DNA of 64,000 bases, from the NCBI GenBank assembly GCA_964571525.1, contig CAZNBY010000003.1, forward strand, positions 40,308 through 104,307, written 5' to 3'. The position numbers and the translations under genes are program-made. Source of the stretch: an uncultured Planctomycetota bacterium (GTDB taxonomy: Bacteria > Planctomycetota > B143-G9). Each line of letters opens with the position of its first letter. Position 1 is the first letter of the stretch. A model generated the notes under the pieces. That model was not told the origin of the DNA and did no database searches. It worked only from the letters and a program-made list of their open reading frames with translations. Below are positions 59,601 to 64,000 of this stretch, piece after piece.

Positions 59601-61422
59601 GATCGAACGCAGCTATCGGCTCGAATACTGCTTCATCGCCCACGCTGCATCGCTTTGTGCCCTGCATCCGCGCAGATGGGGGACTATTGCGCCGAAAAAC
59701 AGGTATTTCGATAGTCTTGTCTGCAAATCCGCGGTTGTTCTCTGCCTTTGCGTAAAAACGGTAAGTGCCGGGTGATGATGCGGTGAATTCGGCTCTGCCG
59801 GCATCGGTGAAGCGTATGCCGCAAAACGGTCCTGAGACGAACCTCAGCGTAAGCTTCAACGCTTCCTGCGTATCGTCGAACGAGCCTGTTATGTCAACAA
59901 TGATGTCATCACCTACAACGCTACCCTTTGTGTCAACTCGAAGCATAGGTTTTCCGTCAGACGGCATAACCTCAAGCTGAGTCTGTGTAGGTTCGGATAT
60001 CTCGTCGCCGTCGCTGACTATTAAATTGAACAGGTACATCCCCGGTGTGAAGAGTCGGACTGTGCGTTCGCCCAATCTTGGAATTGATGCAGCGGCAAGT
60101 GGATCGGGGGATTCGAGCAGTGCCCAGTAAGCTGAAAGCGGTTCACCTTCGGGATCGGTTGAAGTTGATGAATCAAGCATGAAGGGCTCGCCGACCGATA
60201 CTCGTTTGGGTAGAGTGGCGACTGCTACTGGTTTGTTGTTTTGATTTACTGCGCGAAATCTGATCGAATTAGTAGAAACCGCACCATAGATGTCGGTGAT
60301 CGTCAATGATACCGTGTATTCACCAGCAGTATTGGGTTTTATGAAAAATGTGTCCTCGTCGCTTTTTTCGGTCGTAACTCCTGTCTGAGGAGTTACTTTC
60401 CAAAGATACGAAATCCTATCTCCGTCTGGGTCGTCTGATGTTGTCGCAGATAAAGACACCCCTCTTCCAACTGTTGTCAGAGCGGTTCCTGTTATGCGCA
60501 CTCGCGGTGCATTGTTGACTTCTGGGTTTCTTGCAGTCAAGCTGTATGTAAGAAATGCATGTGTCGCTCCGTTATCAATATATGCCCGTATCTTAACCTC
60601 GCCGTCGAACGCGCGAAATACAAGTTTGGATGTTGTGAGCGACTTGATACCATAGATTTTGCCGGCTACAGGTTCCCACCACCAGCGGAGAATAGGCTCG
60701 GCATCCGAGTCGTATGATGCGGATGAGTCAAGAATGTAGCTGCCATCTTCGTAGCGAGCTCTTATCTTTATGGTCGGCGGCATTATAGAAAGAGGCATCT
60801 TTAGCCCGCGCTTTCTTGGCGAGAGCCTCTCTTTAAGTGGAACGGGTGGGGTGCGTGATATCTTTACGCCGTGTTCTCCAATCGTTGCGTAAAGGTCGGC
60901 GTCAATCTCGGCTAACTCACCTTTCGATTCGACCTCAACACCTCCATTAGGTGAATATACTCCTCCTGTCTTTCCCTCGCGAAAGGCTTCGAACCTGTTT
61001 TTCGAAGAGATGGTAACTCCCTCAATCTGAACCTCTGCACGCGATCCAATTGGAGAAGGAATGAACAGCATTTTGCCGCTAAGAAGCTCGAACTTGTAGC
61101 AAAGCAGATGGGGTTTTTGTTCGATTCCTCTTGCTGACACAAATCTTACTCTTGATTCAGCATCAAGTACTAAAAGGCTCGCGTCATCGAATCGAAGCAC
61201 AAGCAGGGCGTTTGATGATGTGAAGAATGTCGTATCAGCGCTATACCTTACTCCCTTTTCTAACGCGATCTTCTGCATTGCCTGTTCAGCAAAAGCCTCT
61301 TGATAAAGTGCTGCGACGGTGCAAAAGCCCTCGACTTCGCAATTGGCGCATTGCCGATGAATCGAAAGCACCACAAGGAGCGTAAAAAGCACAGTTAAAG
61401 CAGCTATCGCGATTCTGCGCAT
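56632..61422 (-). CDS. Large secreted surface protein with multiple PKD/Ig-like beta-sandwich repeats and a distinct C-terminal domain of about 450 aa (1596 aa)
   Basis: Signal peptide MRRIAIAALTVLFTLLVVLSI. Repeated modules of about 90-100 aa show PKD-like periodicity (DPDGD, DPDDD, YxWxxxxGP motifs). The C-terminal 450 aa or so is not repeat-like. Confidence 0.7.
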   Translation of the reverse strand: MRRIAIAALTVLFTLLVVLSIHRQCANCEVEGFCTVAALYQEAFAEQAMQKIALEKGVRYSADTTFFTSSNALLVLRFDDASLLVLDAESRVRFVSARGIEQKPHLLCYKFELLSGKMLFIPSPIGSRAEVQIEGVTISSKNRFEAFREGKTGGVYSPNGGVEVESKGELAEIDADLYATIGEHGVKISRTPPVPLKERLSPRKRGLKMPLSIMPPTIKIRARYEDGSYILDSSASYDSDAEPILRWWWEPVAGKIYGIKSLTTSKLVFRAFDGEVKIRAYIDNGATHAFLTYSLTARNPEVNNAPRVRITGTALTTVGRGVSLSATTSDDPDGDRISYLWKVTPQTGVTTEKSDEDTFFIKPNTAGEYTVSLTITDIYGAVSTNSIRFRAVNQNNKPVAVATLPKRVSVGEPFMLDSSTSTDPEGEPLSAYWALLESPDPLAAASIPRLGERTVRLFTPGMYLFNLIVSDGDEISEPTQTQLEVMPSDGKPMLRVDTKGSVVGDDIIVDITGSFDDTQEALKLTLRFVSGPFCGIRFTDAGRAEFTASSPGTYRFYAKAENNRGFADKTIEIPVFRRNSPPSARMQGTKRCSVGDEAVFEPIAAFDPDDDPLTFHWSAESIATGAKTEAIGPRFVFKPQTEGSYVIRMYVSDGIARTDAPIQELSVLAALAKPTVRAVYSPKPAYAHSKVTLSGAASSPSQGGVLSFQWFQVDGPPVELEGGGIVCWFVPRYSGIYTFLLKVDESGALTNTAVIEVQVKQGNMPPTPAAPSKIVIRQGESFTLQGSLSFDLDGDKITGEWEHVNGDKLWKGEPDFSKTDVSLRAENKGTARFKLTVSDGQAKTVSETEVICVNRDAKLIAVEPQVITTGINSTVTLKVVNPIEGGVYKWTQHRGVTLMTEITAPTLDVTFPFSGVFEFCVNATVKSVAMQPVYATVIVRPTQGVPVVSCFAPSKASVNRKVTLAAATEGKNAGAEYIWRQLSGPVAQLSSSRATQETVTFFPKEPGIYEFEVVAIVAGIRSAPARAKFEVTSPFPAPVANAGADFYCEVGATLTLDGSGSRQAGGGSLTYLWKQVGGPAIVDIEKQTESKVNLVPLKVGNYSFELEVSNGQQSSSDLVEVRVKEPNRPPEVRVEAPYEIVLGDMLIVDLSSTVDGDGDSLRYALRRTGGQSSKASFRFLPYFVIENLPLGSHEFEASADDGFSGISRSRFIVRVVPRERRGIEAPLLVQTSEPTDIVEIVSLVSTVCEMDILVTKELLDTYKKDGAFEKRIAPQNWVGSRSSILSYLAYELSAFYRDPIALERRYGAGVVKVKSQFSVQLSRGYGFLSEESADVHVYSYPGAVTDDQVEQAIVFLREFMAPADGKHGFSIAKRDMNVVANMPMSGQIRLKKLIDAASAPRPAMPKPWLTTGILAPIPYELIYVPESVVTLGELVRVVSTQSQTSFSVDPQLAKAAVRVTLPDRLRASLTGWISLSGLMDILVAEYPWFVWLADEYDEYVLTITERQLIERSSENIWDCGTTVVFVPIRIAGTGLNNSIIETIKKASPILDALWKPHDGAVFMGTDPRGRLVLCNSPKALSYTLSYLWRQLEIQEK

Positions 61423-61577
61423 AGATACATTTTAGACGCTTTGCACACCATTACACCTAATATTGGACATTTGTGCGCTACTCCATGCCTCATCGCAGAC
61501 ATGGTGCCATTACTCTTCGCCAAAGTAATGCGCGAAAGCATTGACAAAACCGTCGTATCAAGTAAAATATGCACATC

Positions 61578-61653
61578 GGGCATATAGCTCAGTCGGCAGA
61601 GCGCTTCGCTCACATCGAAGAGGTCACTGGTTCGAGTCCAGTTATGCCCACCA
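61578..61653 (+). tRNA. tRNA-Val, anticodon CAC
   Basis: GGGCATATAGCTCAGTCGGCAGAGCGCTTCGCTCACATCGAAGAGGTCACTGGTTCGAGTCCAGTTATGCCCACCA. Anticodon loop is CTCACAT. CCA is encoded. Confidence 0.85.
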
Positions 61654-61668
61654 TGATTCGTCAGCTCA

Positions 61669-61695
61669 GGCGATCCGCAAGCGGGTCGCCTTTTT
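61669..61695 (+). terminator. Intrinsic terminator after tRNA-Val(CAC)
   Basis: ggcgatccgc-aa-gcgggtcgcc (one mismatch) followed by TTTTT. Confidence 0.5.
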
Positions 61696-61730
61696 GTTGG
61701 ATACTGAAATCTACCGTTGTTTCCGTAAAA

Positions 61731-62129
61731 ATGCGAAATACCGTGGCTGACAAGAGAGTTTTCGATGCATTATCGGACTGCGAAAAACTGAAGGATCTTG
61801 AAATGACGACAATGAGTTGTCGTGGTATTCTGAATCTAAAATGCAAGCTGGCGAGGCTTGTTATTGATAGTAAAAGTTACAGGAATATCGACATTTCTTC
61901 ATGCGACGAATTGAAGAGCTTGGATATTGGCATTATCAGTGAAATCGGTATTGATTCTGACTTTCTGTCGTTGCCAGAACTTGAAGAAGAAAGTGTAATG
62001 TGTCGCAGTAGTGCTATTGCTCGAGATGTAATATCACGATTAGTGAATCCACGAAGCGTGCAGCTATTTATATCTCCACTTAATCCCAATGACATTATGG
62101 GACCACCTTCAGATGATTATGGTGAATGA
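61731..62129 (+). CDS. Hypothetical protein of 132 aa
   Basis: The ORF track starts this at 61569 and so includes the tRNA. It is trimmed here to the first ATG downstream of the tRNA terminator (MRNTVADKRVFDAL...). No recognisable domain. Confidence 0.4.
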   Translation: MRNTVADKRVFDALSDCEKLKDLEMTTMSCRGILNLKCKLARLVIDSKSYRNIDISSCDELKSLDIGIISEIGIDSDFLSLPELEEESVMCRSSAIARDVISRLVNPRSVQLFISPLNPNDIMGPPSDDYGE

Positions 62130-62180
62130 TACAACAATCTGGATTATCCTGCAGAATATGACTGCAATGTAATAAGCGAT

Positions 62181-62564
62181 ATGACGCAGTTTGAGAACTT
62201 AAAACACATGGCAGTAACATACTGGCACCCTCTTCGCGAAAAGGCGTATAACCAGTGTCTTATGAAGACTGACGAATTGGTATGCAGGACGCTGAGTGAA
62301 AGATGCGATGAGATAGTGCTCGAAAATGTACCGTTCAAATGGTCAGTGTGCAAGGATATGCCGAACAAAGTGTATGTGAACAGGCGATTTAGTGCTTCGC
62401 AGTTGCTGATGATGAGCGAGTTGGCAAGAAAGGACATCGTGACAGAGCCTTCGGTTCAGGAATATGAAATCTACAAGGACAAGATTGCCGAGGATACCGG
62501 GAAAATGTGCGCAACCCTATACCGAGTGCGGCTTGCAAGCTTGGTGACCGACTTGTTATCGTGA
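62181..62564 (+). CDS. Hypothetical protein of 127 aa
   Basis: Intact ORF in the same direction. No recognisable domain. Confidence 0.4.
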   Translation: MTQFENLKHMAVTYWHPLREKAYNQCLMKTDELVCRTLSERCDEIVLENVPFKWSVCKDMPNKVYVNRRFSASQLLMMSELARKDIVTEPSVQEYEIYKDKIAEDTGKMCATLYRVRLASLVTDLLS

Positions 62565-62697
62565 GGCTTGAGAAGGGCTCAATAACATGGGCTGAGGTTG
62601 ACAGCACGATTAAGGAGATTGTGCAGAAGTACTCAATCCCTTAGGATTGTCCAATTCCATCTCTTTCTCCCAGCGAAAAGCGCGTATATTGACCGGG

Positions 62698-64000
62698 ATG
62701 AAGCGATACTATTTGGTCGTTGTGCTTATTGCTTTGGCGCAGCTTGCTGCTGTATCAGAGCAATATCCCGTCCCGCTGGTCTGTCCTCTTTGCGGTTTGC
62801 CTTTTGATGGCATGCAGCTTGAGGCTGAGGATGTTGTCGGTATTGACTCTGACTTCTGTTCCTATGGAAAAAGTGGGGCCGGAAGATCATTTGATGTGCA
62901 GTACTGCACAAACTGCGGGTATTGCGATGCCCTCGACTTCTTTCTGTCTGGCCAGCATCTATCGAAGGATCAGAACAATAAGGCACGGGATATAATCAAC
63001 ACCATATTCAAAGGCAAGAAATACGCTGATCAGGAAGCCCCGCCAGTTGACCTAAAGTTCTTAGCCGCCTTTGAATGCGCAAAGCTGCGTGGCGCTGACA
63101 CATTGTCCATTGCGCATATAGCGCATGTTGCGGCATGGTCGGTGCGCGATAAGATAGTCTTTCGCACATTAAAAGCCGAATACAAGACCCCAATCATCGC
63201 TTTTGCTGAGTTTGATTCGGCTGTTCCCACTCTTTCTATAAGCGAGCCAAGGGCTTTTGATAAAGCTTTCGAACTGCTGCAACTTTCTGTGCGCCTCGGT
63301 ATGCCCGCTTCTCGAAGGGCAATTTCTATCAAGATAATCGAGGCTGGATACGACCTTCTTAAGCCGACCGATATGGAGACCTTAAGAACCGAGCTTGACA
63401 AATTCAACACTGATTGTGCTCAAGAGGCTCGTTTCTTAACTCAAGCCGCATCGCTGTTCGAGGATCATCTTTCAAAGTCTGAGAACATTTCAGCCGCAGA
63501 CAGGGCGCGATTTGCGTATATTATCGGAGATATCCATAGAAGGTGCGGCAAGCCAGAGCTTGCCGAGAAGTGGTTGCGCGCCGCGGACTGCGAGGGTGCG
63601 CGCGCAGATGTTAAGGCGCTGATTCCAATTCTGTTAAAGCACCGCGAGCAAAGTCCTGACACTTCATCGGGAATCTACCCCGAAATCAACTGCCCATTGT
63701 GCGGACGAAAGACCGAGTATCTGCCATCCGTCGAGCCCGATATGCTCGGTGGTGCGGATGTTGACTTCTGCGGTTACTCGCTTGATTCGTCGAGCTACGG
63801 GACGGATGTTATCACATGCCTACACTGCTTGTACAGCAGATTTTGCACAGACTTCCAGACGGCGTTAGACGATGACAATAAATCAAAGCTGACGATCGCA
63901 CTTAAGGCATTTGCCTCGCTTCCGCGCCCTTCAACACCTAAGGGATTTAAAACATGGCAGAGGTTCGAGCTTGCCGCTGTCTGCATGTCAGCGATTGGCC
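62698..64000 (+). CDS. Secreted protein with two tandem DUF2225-like modules (zinc ribbon plus helical domain); the window cuts it at the 3' end
   Basis: ATG at 62698 with the signal peptide MKRYYLVVVLIALAQLAAVS. Module 1 reads CPLCGLPFDG...DSDFCSYG...VQYCTNCGYCDA. Module 2 starts about 330 aa later: CPLCGRKTEY...DVDFCGYS...VITCLHCLYSRF. The frame stays open to the window end, which is why it is missing from the ORF track. Confidence 0.55.
   Translation, partial: MKRYYLVVVLIALAQLAAVSEQYPVPLVCPLCGLPFDGMQLEAEDVVGIDSDFCSYGKSGAGRSFDVQYCTNCGYCDALDFFLSGQHLSKDQNNKARDIINTIFKGKKYADQEAPPVDLKFLAAFECAKLRGADTLSIAHIAHVAAWSVRDKIVFRTLKAEYKTPIIAFAEFDSAVPTLSISEPRAFDKAFELLQLSVRLGMPASRRAISIKIIEAGYDLLKPTDMETLRTELDKFNTDCAQEARFLTQAASLFEDHLSKSENISAADRARFAYIIGDIHRRCGKPELAEKWLRAADCEGARADVKALIPILLKHREQSPDTSSGIYPEINCPLCGRKTEYLPSVEPDMLGGADVDFCGYSLDSSSYGTDVITCLHCLYSRFCTDFQTALDDDNKSKLTIALKAFASLPRPSTPKGFKTWQRFELAAVCMSAIG

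Noticed and set aside
1-64000. CRISPR arrays and IS/transposase genes
   Set aside because: No regularly spaced short repeats and no transposase-like ORFs were seen anywhere in the window.

Overview
This 64-kb window comes from a bacterial chromosome of roughly 50% GC. A perfect TTGACA-17-TATAAT promoter is present, so sigma70-type promoters are in use. A lipoprotein-type Rhs protein and a prepilin peptidase suggest a Gram-negative-type cell envelope. Most of the window is housekeeping or signalling: the prepilin peptidase PilD, ScpA, a sugar ABC-transporter operon, a dihydroorotase-like amidohydrolase, a membrane histidine kinase, the DNA polymerase III alpha subunit (dnaE), GMP synthase (guaA), four tRNAs (Asp-GTC, Val-TAC, Arg-ACG, Val-CAC), a thioredoxin-NHL protein resembling NHLRC2, two giant PAS-rich sensor kinases of 2241 and 1936 residues, and a 2x[4Fe-4S] ferredoxin that the ORF track missed because it is shorter than 60 aa. 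Accessory content is also present: a cell-surface Rhs/YD-repeat polymorphic toxin with no adjacent immunity gene, a 1596-aa PKD/Ig-repeat surface protein, four tandem paralogs resembling DUF4140/DUF4139, and a cluster of secreted proteins of unknown function, two of which are paralogs of each other. The best candidate for an undescribed system lies at 2390-6515. It is an AT-rich patch next to the 3' end of tRNA-Asp and holds a translationally coupled two-gene operon. One gene encodes a protein with a Schlafen-like AlbA_2 domain and a HATPase_c_4 domain. The other encodes a 957-aa fusion of an N-terminal PHP phosphoesterase to a Rad50/SbcC-like ABC ATPase with a long coiled coil, in effect a single-chain Mre11/Rad50 analogue. 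From memory I cannot match this pair to any named anti-phage system, so I propose it as a candidate defence or DNA-surveillance module.
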